DNA from: Octopus sinensis
Lineage: Eukaryota
Assembly (NCBI RefSeq): GCF_006345805.1
Contig: NC_043016.1
Span: 14,632,001-14,696,000 of the forward strand
DNA length: 64,000 nucleotides
Direction of reading: 5' to 3'
The position numbers were made by a program, and so were the translations under genes. Shown in pieces: positions 1 through 11,887 of the stretch. The first letter of the stretch is position 1. Every line of letters starts with the position of its first letter. The notes beneath the pieces are model-generated. The model saw nothing but the letters and a program-made list of their open reading frames with translations. It made no database searches and was not told where the DNA came from.

Positions 1-471
1 CATTCAGGTGCCAATTCATTTTCTTTATCACTGTCGGAGCTCTCGGATTCACTGTTTTCACTTTCGGAAAATGAAACATCAGATTCATTATCAAATACCA
101 CATGCTTTTTTTTTTCAGTCATAGAGTTAGATTTATGAAGGTCTTCAGTAGAAAATCCTTCGAATTCTGACTCGCTGCTTGATATAATGAAATTCGTATC
201 CATTTTTCGTCAGAATTACAAATTTTGAAAACACAATAGGAACAAATTTCGGAAAAAAATCTCCCAAAATTCACAGAATTAAAATACACTTCGATTTTTG
301 TACAAAACTGTAGTTGAACTCTTTACGAAGTATAATACGTATTTTCACGAATGTACTAAAGAGATTTGCTCTGATATTCTCATTTAAATATGAATAGGTA
401 AATTCGGGCGGCTTTGGGCGGTTTGGTCACATTAACCAAAATTTTTTTTGGCCGGTTTGGTAATGAAAGGG
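1..471 (-). mobile_element. 5' end of a piggyBac-like DNA transposon; acidic N-terminal ORF starting at 203 runs off the window start
   Basis: On the - strand the terminus reads TTAA|CCCTTTCATTACC (TTAA at 472-475). An ATG at 203-201 opens MDTNFIISSSESEFEGFSTEDL...SESENSESESSDSDKENELAPE with no stop before position 1. Such a D/E/S-rich start is typical of piggyBac transposases. The catalytic core is not visible. Confidence 0.6.
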
Positions 472-1134
472 TTAATGTAACTTTACACCAATTTAGTAGA
501 ATTACATTTTGTTAATGGGTGTAATGTAGTTTTCTTCAAAAGGAAAATACAATTGTGTCGGCAGTTGGTATAATTTGTATGGTGTGGGGTATGTTCTTGG
601 AAACAGAAACACATTTCTCTAATATTCAGACTAGCATTTTCTATTTATAAATATTTTTCCTGAAAGAATCCATTCTACATTTTGAAAATTACATTGTACC
701 ACAGATTATAATATAAGAAAAATTATGCTGGCAGTTTGCAAAACAACTGAGAAAGATTGTGAAATAGAAGTGGGTCAGAGAATAAATGGCTCACCTATAT
801 TTTAAGAAAAATACTCTGTATGTCTTATTTAACAAGGATATAATTCAAGAAAGCCAAAATATTGCTGTATTTGTCTTGAGAAAGCATCTTGTAAAGACGT
901 TTAGTGCTAAAGAGAACAGAGATATATCAGTAGCAGATGGAAGATGTCAGCAACAACAGCAGTGGGGGCTGCTCAATCATGGGATTTCTGAATGTTTGTG
1001 CATCATCAGTGGCAAGTATCTACTATCAACACCACTTAAACACATTTCCTCTCTTACTGATACTTCACTGCTTTTTAGCACTATTCACCCAGATGAGATG
1101 CTTTTCATGGTGAATACCACAAGGATGTAGCTTT

Positions 1135-1358
1135 ATTTCTTTAAAGGGCTAAACATAGAGGAGACAAACAAGGACAGACAAAGGGATTAAGTCGATTACA
1201 TCAACCCCAGTGTGTAACTGGTACTTAATTTATCGACCCTGAAAGGATGAATTGCAAAGTTGACCTTGGCAGAATTTGAACTCAGAACATAATGGCAGAC
1301 AAAATACCGCGAAGCATTTCGCCCGGCATGCTAACGATTCTACCAGCTTGCTGCCTTC
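1135..1358 (-). mobile_element. SINE (family S4) with 15-bp target-site duplication
   Basis: Reverse complement of the element at 50283-50511. It is flanked by the direct repeat CAAGGATGTAGCTTT at 1120-1134 and 1359-1373. Confidence 0.85.
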
Positions 1359-2039
1359 CAAGGATGTAGCTTTCTTTTAGTCATCCATGTCATATAAAAT
1401 ACAGATATTACCTTTCAGTACTGATACTGCTTTTGTTGCTAGTAACTAAATTTTTATAGGTTTTATTGTTATATTGAAAATAGAGTCAGAAAGTTTGGGG
1501 ATCTTCAGGTTGGAGTTTTTTTAATGACTGTATTATAAAAGAGTGAAGTGAAACTATAGTTGTGGCCAATGTTGGTGTCATGTAACCGGCACGTAAAAAG
1601 CACCTTTTGAGCATTGGGCGTCACAGAGGCAAAGTGGATGATGCTGGTGGCACATGGAAAGCTCCTTTCAAGTCTTTCGTAAAGACAATGACAAATGACC
1701 AAGACCTTGGCATTATGTCATGCTTGAGAAGAAGACCCATCAAGCCAAGTAAAATCGTAGGCATGACAGATACTGGTGTCATGCAAATAGCACCCATACT
1801 GGTGACATGTAAAAGTACCCATTACACTCTCAGAGTGGTTGGCATTAGGAAGGGCATCCAGCCATAGCAAACCATGCCATAAAACTGGATGTTATAACTT
1901 CATTTTTGCAGTTAATCAAATCAACATAATCCTGTGTTTTAAAATTAATTTTGCTAGGTAGTTTGAAATTTCTTAATTATTAACGAGGTATTCAGGGAAA
2001 ATTCTTACTTTAATAATTCGTTGAATTGCTGCTTCCCTA

Positions 2040-3700
2040 ATTTGTTTTCTTCCATCATCCTGCAGAGTCAGTAAAATATTCTCCGGACGGGGGGGAAAAT
2101 ACGAATTAGTTTTTAACGATTTCCTATAATTTCTTTATAATCTTGGTTCATATCTTGCATTAGATGTGCCATATACCAAAAATTATTTGCCCCTTCATGT
2201 AACTTTGGCTGAGATTTAATCCAGAACCAGCTTAGAGCATAAACTTGCATTATGATTTTAAGAAGATGCATAATATTTTTTCGGGGATTTTTTCTCAAAG
2301 CATATAAGCAAAGAATTCTGTTTGCATGTGTTAACCACCTTGCATGACGGATTTTACCATGATGGATCTTGCTGCTAACTGCTCTGTAACAAACCCTTTC
2401 TCAATACTGAGGCATATTTCATACAGATATCAACAACTTCTAATGGCAATTCCTTCACTTTAGTTTTTACTGGAGAAAATTTGATTATCTTTAAGCTCGT
2501 TACAGCTTCTTTAATTTTATTGCCAATTAAGTCTTTTGATGTTTGTGATCCTGTTGTTTTCCATCTATGGATTAAAAAGCTCATTTGAATGTAGCAGACA
2601 TATCAGCCACTGAAGTGGTTTATAATTCAATTATTTTAATTATCCCTTCTAAATGACCAGTGTTTACTGGAGTCCCATCACAACACAGCCCTGAAACTTT
2701 CTTAACTTTCAGAATCAATTAAAAAAGTAATAATTTTTTCTGCAATGCAACGAGCTGTTCCCTTATCTGTGCAAACATGATCTAAATACTCATCACCAGG
2801 CTCTTTCACAATAACATAGTGCTCTTCACTTTCCATCCCTCTTGTTGTTTTAGTTTCATCTTTTCTGCCATCAAAGCCGATGTCTTCAAGCTTTGTATTT
2901 TCTGTTTTCATTTTCATAATAGTGTTTTTTTCCAACTCTTTTTCTTTCTCATTCAACTTTTTTCTTATCTAGCATATTTGTATCATTTAAAATTCCCATA
3001 TCTCTCAAAGCGGCATTAACAATGGTAGCAGCAGCAGCCCTGCAGCTTATCCGATATCTGTCTGCTGTGATGGCTAGATTCTCATAAGTAAATCTGTTTT
3101 GTTAGTTCTCTCTCAGTTCATTGTCAGGAACAAAGTCGATGTCATCATCATCATTGTCACATGAGTAACAACTATCTTCATTAATATCACTTAGCCACCG
3201 ATAATTAGTTGAAGTAATGTCCATGTCTAAGCACATCTTTGCCTTCCTGTTTTCAAACCTTTGTGCTCTTTTTGCAGTTCTTTTTCTACCTGAAGTTATT
3301 TCTCTATCTACAGGCCCTAACTGATTAAGTCTTTCTTCCTGTCCAACAAATGATTCTCATTCCATTATTAGTATTCTTAAGTCACACCTACTCTCAGATC
3401 TTTTATCTGTTTCTCATAGCACGTGCAGGTGCATATAACAAACATTTCATTGAACTCCTCTAATTTCTTATCAAAACTATCTCCTCTTTGCTTGATACAT
3501 TGATACGTATTTTGCTAAATTTATAAGCAGATTCAATCAGTCTCTCAATTCTTAGAGCTATTCCCTCAAACCCAATATAAGGAAAAGAAAATTCGCTCCA
3601 TATTGTTTGCACAACTGCAGCAACAATCCAGTAGCATTCTTTCACTGTGGGTGAAATGTTTGATATCAGTTCTTCATGTTTTCTTATGTTAGAATACATT
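2040..3700 (-). pseudogene. Degenerate hAT-like (DDE, CxxH) transposase
   Basis: Translated fragments occur in the expected order: SCRAAAATIVNAALRDMGI; EEHYVIVKEPGDEYLDHV...GTARCIAEKI; GLCCDGTPVNTGHLEGIIKIIE; PLQWLICLLHSNEL; KIRHARWLTHANRILCLY; IMQVYALSWFWIK; PENILL. Stops and frameshifts are present. Coordinates are approximate. Confidence 0.75.
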
Positions 3701-4196
3701 AGCCTTTGATGGGGTCATTGCTGTGGGAAATACTGTAGGAAATGCTGAATTATGTCTTTTACTTCTAGTTGCCATTATATAATTTTATATATTTAAATTA
3801 TCACAGTTTAAATTTATGTACTTTTGTAAAATTATTATACAATTTACCTCTGAAATAATCTGAAAAGCAAAAGAAAATCATTTAATAAGTGTATACAAAT
3901 TCTAAAAAAAAAAATCATTTAGCACATATTGAAAAGTTGTAATTTTACCATGTTGGAGGGGTGCCTGCCAATTGTCTTATATCTCAATGTTTTTGCTATC
4001 TTTACTTAAGAGCACACACAGACACAAAAAGTCTCAGTGAAGAGGTTACAGATGTGTGAGGAAAGATTTCCAGGCAATGGACAGGTGTTAAACTAATAAA
4101 ATAACAGTAATAAACACGTGAATAAAAAAATATATATAGCATGTATGTTTATTTGGCAAAAAAATTAATACATAAATAAAATGACCATCCCGAAAT

Positions 4197-4239
<43 letters not shown>

Positions 4240-4242
4240 TTA

Positions 4243-5105
4243 CTCTTTTACTTTTTTCAGTCATTTGACTGTGGCCATTCTGGAGCACCACCTTTAGTTG
4301 AGCAAAGACCTCAGGACTTATTCTTTGGAGGCCTAGTACTTATTCTATCAGTCTCTTTTGCCGAACCGCTAAGTTACGGGGACGTAAACACATCACCATC
4401 GGTTGTCAAGTGATGTTGGAAGACAAACACAGACACACAAACATATACACACACACATACATATATATATATATGAATATAATCAAAAAAGGGTAATAAC
4501 ATAGATTACTACCAGTGGCCCAGCACAAAAGACGAATTAGTCATTAGACAAAATATTATTCATATAGAAAAATATTATTCATATAGAAATATAATTAAGG
4601 GCTCCTAAATAAGGATGCCAAGTGCTAGGGACACAAAAAAGGAATAAATTCATCGAGAGTGAAAATCAAAAGCATTTACCATTAACGATACATCCTGGAC
4701 TGATCAGTTTCTACCTCTTTCTAGCAAAACAGACAGAATATGTTTGCTAAGGCCGGTTTCATCAGCGAGACACCTTTGTTAATTCGAGATGCACAGACCG
4801 TTAGACCATGTGCTGATCTAAACAACTTGTAAATCTTAACTTTTCAAACCTCTGCGTAGACGCAAAATCTACCCGGTGATATAGGGCATGCTGGGAAAAA
4901 AATTTTATGAACAAATCTATCAAGTAATATGTGAATATAATCAAAAATATATACGACGGGCTTCTTTCAGTTTCCGTCTACCAAATCAACTCACAAAGCT
5001 TTGGTTGGCCTGAGGCTATAGTAGAAGACACTTGCCCAAGGTGCCATGCAGTGGGAATGAACCCGGAATCATGTGGTTGGTAAGCAAGCTACTTACCACT
5101 CCTGC
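4243..5105 (-). mobile_element. tRNA-headed SINE (family S1), split by an insertion at 4475-4947
   Basis: Tail (TCATTTGACTGTGGCCATTCTGGAGCACC...) at 4243-4440 and head (...GGGAATGAACCCGGAATCATGTGG...CTTACCAC) at 4955-5105. Both match the intact copies at 9648 and 13337. Confidence 0.8.
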
Positions 5106-5307
5106 AACTATATATATATATATAAACACACACACACAATACATATGTATATATACATATATATATACATTTATATATATATACATGTATATATATATAT
5201 GTATACATATATACATACATACATATACATACATACATATACATACATACATACATATATATATATACACACATATACACACATACATATACATACATAC
5301 ATCATAC

Positions 5308-5353
<46 letters not shown>

Positions 5354-5581
5354 TGTGTGTGATATTTATATTCTCTTTTTTATATATATTCTACTTATTA
5401 TACAACATTACTCTTTTATGGTACACTTTTTTATGTACATTCCTTTGTGTACACTGATTTGTTCTGCTTTTTTATGTTTAACCCTACAGTCTCGTATGTG
5501 GTGGTTTAATAAAGTATGTGATCGAGTATTATCTGGTAATGGATATTTGATTTAGATGTATTTCTCCATTTTCTTATCTTG

Positions 5582-5618
<37 letters not shown>

Positions 5619-5621
5619 ATC

Positions 5622-5950
5622 TCATGGCTCAGTGGTTAGAGAGTCGGGCTCACAATCATGAGGTAGTGAGTTCGATTCCCTGACAGGCTGTGTGTTGTGT
5701 TCTTGAGCAAGACACTTTATTTCACATTGCTTCAGTTCACTCAGCTGTAGAAATGAGTTGCGACATCCATGGTGCCAAGCTGTATCAGCCTTTGTCTTTC
5801 TCTTGGATAGGTCGATGGCATGGAGAGGTGAGACTGGTATGCATGGGTGACTTTATGGTCTTCCATAAACAGCCTTGCCTGGACTTATGCCTCAGAAGGC
5901 ATCTTTCCAGGTGCTGCGCAACAGTCACTCATAACTGAAAGGCGTCTTTA
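5622..5950 (+). mobile_element. tRNA-headed SINE (family S3)
   Basis: A-box TGGCTCAGTGG and B-box GAGTTCGATTCC are followed by a body shared with 33181-33520, 40972-41290 and 63340-63645. Confidence 0.8.
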
Positions 5951-6178
5951 CCCTAAGGAGTGATGGTGACAGTGTAAAAGGAAGATGGTGGTGAGGAAAC
6001 TGTGTAGATGGTGATAATAGTAATAATAATGCTGTTGGTAGGATTAATGTTGTTGTTGTTGGTGGTGGTTGTGGTGGTGGTTTTACCTGTTTAGTAACAA
6101 AAGAAGAATCATGAGATTATGATAATGTTGACTTATTTGTTTTTGCTTTTTTTTATCGTTTGTATTTATTTCTTCCAG

Positions 6179-6238
6179 GCAATATTCATTCTCATACTGT
6201 TGGCATGGGTGTTTGTACCAGTTTACATTTCTGCTGGG
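6179..6238 (+). CDS. SLC5A: SLC5A exon (SGLT1 exon-4 equivalent): [20 protein letters not shown]
   Basis: ttccag|GCA...GGG|gtaaat; 60 nt, phase 0-0. Confidence 0.93.
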
Positions 6239-6996
6239 GTAAATATGTTTCCAATTTCTTAAACAATACTTCCAAATGAACCATTTGTTATCTGTTGAAA
6301 CTATTTTTAAATAAAAAATATTAGAAAATATATTTTTATTCTGAAAAATTATATGTGACCCTTAACTATTACCATGGCTGTATCGGCCAGTGATTTTGGA
6401 TAAAGACCTTGAAAAACCCACCCCTCCCCAGTAAAAGTAATACTTTTACAGACAGTGCTAATCATGTTAGTTGTTTAATAGACAGTGCATCAATATTCAT
6501 TTTTTTTTTTGTCAGAGCAGGTGCCACTTAAAAAACACCCAATCCACACTGTAAAGTGGTTGGTATTTGGAAGAGTGACCTTGCCTGTGCTTGTGCCATG
6601 TAAATAGCACTAAGTCCACTCTGCTGAGTGGTTGGTGTTAGGAAAGGCACCCAGCTGTAAAATTCCTGCCAAAACAGTTACAGAAGTTTGGTGCAAGCTT
6701 CTGCCTGGCCGACTCTTGTTAAACCATCCCACCGGCCATGCCAGCATGGAAGGTGGACATTAAAAAATGACAATGATGACAATGATATAAATATATATAT
6801 GTATACTCATATGTACAAGTGTGCTGAGAAATTAACTGACTAATTTTCAGAATGATTCGTGGTAGCCCATTATCAACATTTCTACCTGAGAAAGCCAGCT
6901 GACTCAATATATATTGCACAAACAATAGATGTACTCTGCAGATTACCATGTGTGAATGATTTGCATTAAGGAAGGAGTGGCTGTAGACACATATGC

Positions 6997-7027
<31 letters not shown>

Positions 7028-7749
7028 CATTATTTACAATTGATGGATATTTGTCCTCATCTTGTTTGTTGTTAACACAACGTTTCGGCTGATATACCCT
7101 CCAGCCTTCATCAGGTGTCTTAGGGAAATTTCGAACCTGGGTTCTCATTCCTAAGGTTTTTTTCGATGTTGTTGTTATTATTATTATTATTATTATTGAG
7201 TGAGAGAGTAGTGCATGCCATCAAAGTAACACGGGTGAAATATACGAAGCCCAGTATACCCATCATGACTACCCATCTAATAAGGGTATACTAGGCACAT
7301 GCATCACAACCATATGTGCGCGACATGGTGATCTCACATCAAGACAAACAACTCATGATCTTGCAGGTGGGGCCCAGTTAGAATTTTCTTCTGGTCGAGT
7401 AACCCATCCCGCTGAAAAGGTCCCTGAATAAGGGTTGTTTAAGGATGTTGAAAGAACCACCCATGTTTCCAGAGGTGAACTATTCAAACCCCAAAGAATC
7501 CCTCTCAACACATGGCTATGATGCTCCCCCACTACTTCTGCTCGTGATCAGAGATGCACATATTGTCAGCCACGAAGGGACATGCTCAACTGGTTAAGGT
7601 CAAACAACTGACAAGCAAATCTGTGGTATTGAGCAGAATATTTGCTGTAGCCCATCTTTTATACCAAGACAAAACAATGTACATGATAACACTTCCAATC
7701 AGTTAAGATCAGAAGCCATGAGAGCCACTGCCTGGTACTGCATCAGGGC

Positions 7750-7809
<60 letters not shown>

Positions 7810-7966
7810 TATTCAGGTCACTGCCTGGAATCGAGCTCGGAATCTTGGGGTTAGCAGCCCACACTTTTAACCACTGTGCCATATGCCCGTGGGCTTAGTG
7901 GTTAAGAGCGCAGGCTACTAACTCCAAGATTCCGAATTCAATTCCTGGTAGTGACCTGAATAATAG

Positions 7967-7997
<31 letters not shown>

Positions 7998-8041
7998 GAT
8001 GATGATGATGATGATGACGATGACGACGACGACGACGACGA

Positions 8042-8121
<80 letters not shown>

Positions 8122-9290
8122 TATACATTAAAAAAGCATCATTCAACCGTGGTTGATGCAAGTGCTGCCTAACTGGCCCCTGTGCTGCTACTCTCTTGGA
8201 GTGGTTCGTGTTAGGGAGGGTGTCCAGCTGTAGAAACCTTGCCAGACCAGATTGGCGCCCGGTGCAGTCTCCTGGCTTGGCAGTCCTCAGTCAAACATCC
8301 AACCCATGCCAGCATTGAAAGTGGACATTAAATGATGATGATGATGATGATTGTGATGATGATGATGATGATGATGATTATACATACACAAACATATATG
8401 CATATACATATATTGTGTTTTTAATCACAGAACATCTATAGCAGATACTATCTCTGGATGAATACCGCAGTAAATTTACCTTTCAATGATGCATTTACAT
8501 TAGGTATGATACACAGGTGGCTATTTTAATCTAATACTTTTATTGCATATAACTTATGTATATATTTCTGTGAACTGACAAGAAATGTACAAAATATACA
8601 AAGTTATCTGTTTATTGTTTCAGGTTTACACTATGCCGGAATACATAAATAAGCGATTTGGTGGAAGACGAATACACACATATCTCAGTTGCTTGGCTCT
8701 ACTTCTTTACGTTTTTACAAAAATATCTGTAAGTTTACAAATTTATTTGTTTAATTCAACTAATCCTTTAGTATTCAGATTACTGTCAAATGTCATGCTT
8801 ATTTATTCATATTGTTATCAATTAAGCATCATTCATCTTTGAGATTTTGATGAAGTAACTGTTCATTTTTAGAACTATATTGTAGGATTTGTGTGAGAGG
8901 TCTGATCTGGTCAGTTTGAACATAAAAAACAGGCAGAATATTTAAACCAGATATGGCCGGTTTAAATGCTAAAGAGTAAAGTTAATTACTTGTTATTAGC
9001 AGGGAAAGTTGATTAGAATGTTATGACTGCAGACACATGCACAATGTTAGTTTTTCTTTTAACTTTCACTTGTCTCAATCATTAGACTCTGACCATGCTG
9101 GAGCACCACCTTGAAGGGTTTATTGACCAAATCAACCCCAGTACATAATCATTTTTTTTCTCTTTTGCTAAGCCTAATACTTATTCTCTCAGTCTCTCAT
9201 TTGCTGACCTGCTAAGTTACAAGAACGTAGACCAACATCTGGTGGTAGAGAACAAACACAAAGACACACACACACACTCACACACATACA

Positions 9291-9331
<41 letters not shown>

Positions 9332-11855
9332 GCACGCATGCACATACACATACACACACACATGCACACACACACACAAGTATCCATAATGAAATTCTTT
9401 CAGTCTTTGTCTACCAAATGCACTCACAAAGCATTGATCAGCCAGGGTCTATAGTATAAGACATTTGCCCAAGGTGTCGTGCAAAGGAACTGAACTGAAA
9501 ACCATGTGGTTGGAAAGCAAACTTCTTACCATACAGCTATGTCTGCACCTACCGTGACAAACTTATTAAATAAAATCTGTAATAAAACAGAACTGCATCC
9601 ATATAACTGTAAGTAAATAACTTTCATATCAAACACTGTATACAATGGGCGCAGGAGTGGCTGTGTGGTAAGTAGCTTCCTAACCAACCACATGGTTCCG
9701 GTTCAGTCCCACTGCGTGGCATCTTGGGCAAGTGTCTTTGCATAGCCCCGGGCCGACCAATGCCTTGTGAGTGGATTGGTAGACGGAAACTGAAAGAAGC
9801 TTGTCGTATATTGTATATATAATATTATATATGTGGTGTGTGTGTGTATATGTTTGTGTGTCTGTGTTTGTCTCCCTAGCATTGCTTGACAACCGATGCT
9901 GGTGTGTTTACGTCCCCATAACTTAGCGGTTCGGCAAAAGAGACTAATAGAATAAGTACTGGGCTTACAAAGAATAAGTCCGGGGTCGATTTGCTCGACT
10001 AAAGGCGGTGCTCCAGCATGGCCGCAGTCAAATGACTGAAACAAGTAAAAGAGTAAAAGAATGTTATATAAATTAAATTCTTGCTTTATAATATTTTTAA
10101 TCTGTTTATTAATTTGGTTTCAGGCTGATTTGTACTCAGGTGCTTTATTCATCACTCTAGCTGCCGACATGAATATCTACCTTGCTGTACTCATATTACT
10201 TGTAATATCTGCATTGTTCACCATAGGAGGTAAGATTTTAAAAAAGCTTCTTGATCGATCCATCCGTTTGTTGTTTAATCCTTTTAATATCAATCTAATT
10301 GAAGCTGTTCCTGGTTCTTTGATACAAAATCAGTGTTTTAAAGTGTTCTAAAATAAAACCTTCCTTCAAAATTTCATGTTAATCTATGTTCCTAAAACAA
10401 GCTTAATACTGACAAAATCCTTTTACTAAATTCTTCGTTATTTTCAAAACTATGCGCACACACACACATATATATAATGAATGTAAGACTTAAAAGAGAT
10501 CTAAGGAAGAACATGGCCGTTGCCAGCCTTGCCTGGCCTCCGTGCCGGTGGCACGTAAAAGCACCATCCGTTCGTGGCCGTTGCCAGCCTCGCCTGGTCC
10601 CCGTGCCGGTGGCACGTAAAAAGCACCATCCGTCCATGGCCGTTTGCCAGCTCCGTCTGGCTCCTGTGCGGGTGGCACATAAAAAGCACCCACTACACTC
10701 ACAGAGTGGTTGGCATTAGGAAGGGCATCCAGCTGTAGAAACACTGCCAGATCAGACTGGGCCTGGTGCAGCCTTTGGGCTTCCCAGATCCCCGGTTGAA
10801 CCGTCCAACCCATGCAAGCATGGAAAACGGACGCTAAATGATGATGATGAATAGCAACAATGGCAGTGTATTTCAATAGAAATATGGTACTAAAATTATT
10901 AGATTGAAAGGATGCATTTCTGTTTTACGGGATACAATTTTTACTTGATTATAAGAATCATTGAATTTTGTTTCATGAAATATCGTTTTTGCAGTTTTAT
11001 TGCTGTTTGCACATGCAAATTTATTAGTCTGAGTTTTATAAAATGCATGTATCTTGGTTTTAGAATAGTTAGAAAATATCTTTGTGTACTGTAAGAGGTG
11101 ACAAAAATAGTTGGCATTAGGAAGGGTGCCCAAACATATAACACTCTTTTAAAAAAGGGAACCATGGAAAATACCCAAACTTCCATTTGACAAACTGAAA
11201 ACTGTTATAGGGGCTGTTTGGGGGTTGCTTTAGTAAAGGAATTAGCATTAACCCATTACCATTCTGATTACTCTGTCAAATGTAATGTCTCTTTACTCTC
11301 ATTGTTCTGAATTTATCATGCATTATCTCATAGGGTCAAGATTCCAATGGTGTGATTGCTTACTTTTAGAATGACTTTATAGGGTAGGTGTGAGAGAGCA
11401 GATCTGGCCATTTTAAGCAGAATATTTGGTTGAATATTTGGGCCAAATACGGTTGGTTTAATCCCTAACATTAAGACTTTTTCTGTATTGCTTATTTGTT
11501 CACATTGTTTTGAATTAACCCTGCATCACCTTTATTTCAACAATGTGATTGTAAATTCTTAGAATGACATTACAGGGTAGATGTGAGAGGTTGGGTAGGC
11601 TCATTTGAGCATAAAACAGATTGAATATTTAGGCCAGATGTGGCCAGTTTAAATGCTAAAATGTTTCAAGCATTTGCTATTGATGTTGTTTGGTTTTATA
11701 AATTATAACTTTGGCTTCTGTAGTTTACTAGTTTTATAATAATAATAAGAGAAAATACTTTTATTTCTTTGCAGTAGGTTAAGTGTGTATAATATCTTTG
11801 GCTTTCAAATCTCAGCAGTTTGTTCTCATATAAGTTTAGGAAGCTATTCTATAAG

Positions 11856-11887
<32 letters not shown>

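Larger units (their letters stand above)
7026..7962. mobile_element. Palindromic SINE/HHR composite element (copy 1), interrupted by an S5 insertion
   Basis: The left arm 7026-7197 matches 27287-27470. An inner ~150-bp imperfect palindrome of two head-to-head tRNA-like units spans 7811-7962, centred on GCCCGTGGGC. The right outer arm is absent. Confidence 0.75.

Noticed and set aside
543-588. Possible small exon (aag|GAAAAT...TGGG|gtatgt)
   Set aside because: No frame resembles the missing SLC5A N-terminal exons, and the phase does not fit.
786-1130. 114-aa ORF
   Set aside because: No recognisable domain or splice context, and it ends at a SINE TSD.
5490-5513. Possible micro-exon SRMWWFNK (cag|...|gtatgt)
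   Set aside because: Only superficial similarity to SGLT 'RSMVWWP'; the obligatory GASLFASNIGS exon is not found between it and 6179.
7875-7960. tRNA-like sequences (also 5622, 33181, 42930 and 63570)
   Set aside because: A and B boxes are present, but there is no proper cloverleaf or acceptor stem and they are followed by shared repeat bodies. They are SINE heads, not tRNA genes.
10512-10700. Regularly spaced ~60-bp repeats resembling a CRISPR array
   Set aside because: The whole units are homologous with no unique spacers, they lie inside a dispersed eukaryotic retroposon, and there are no cas genes.
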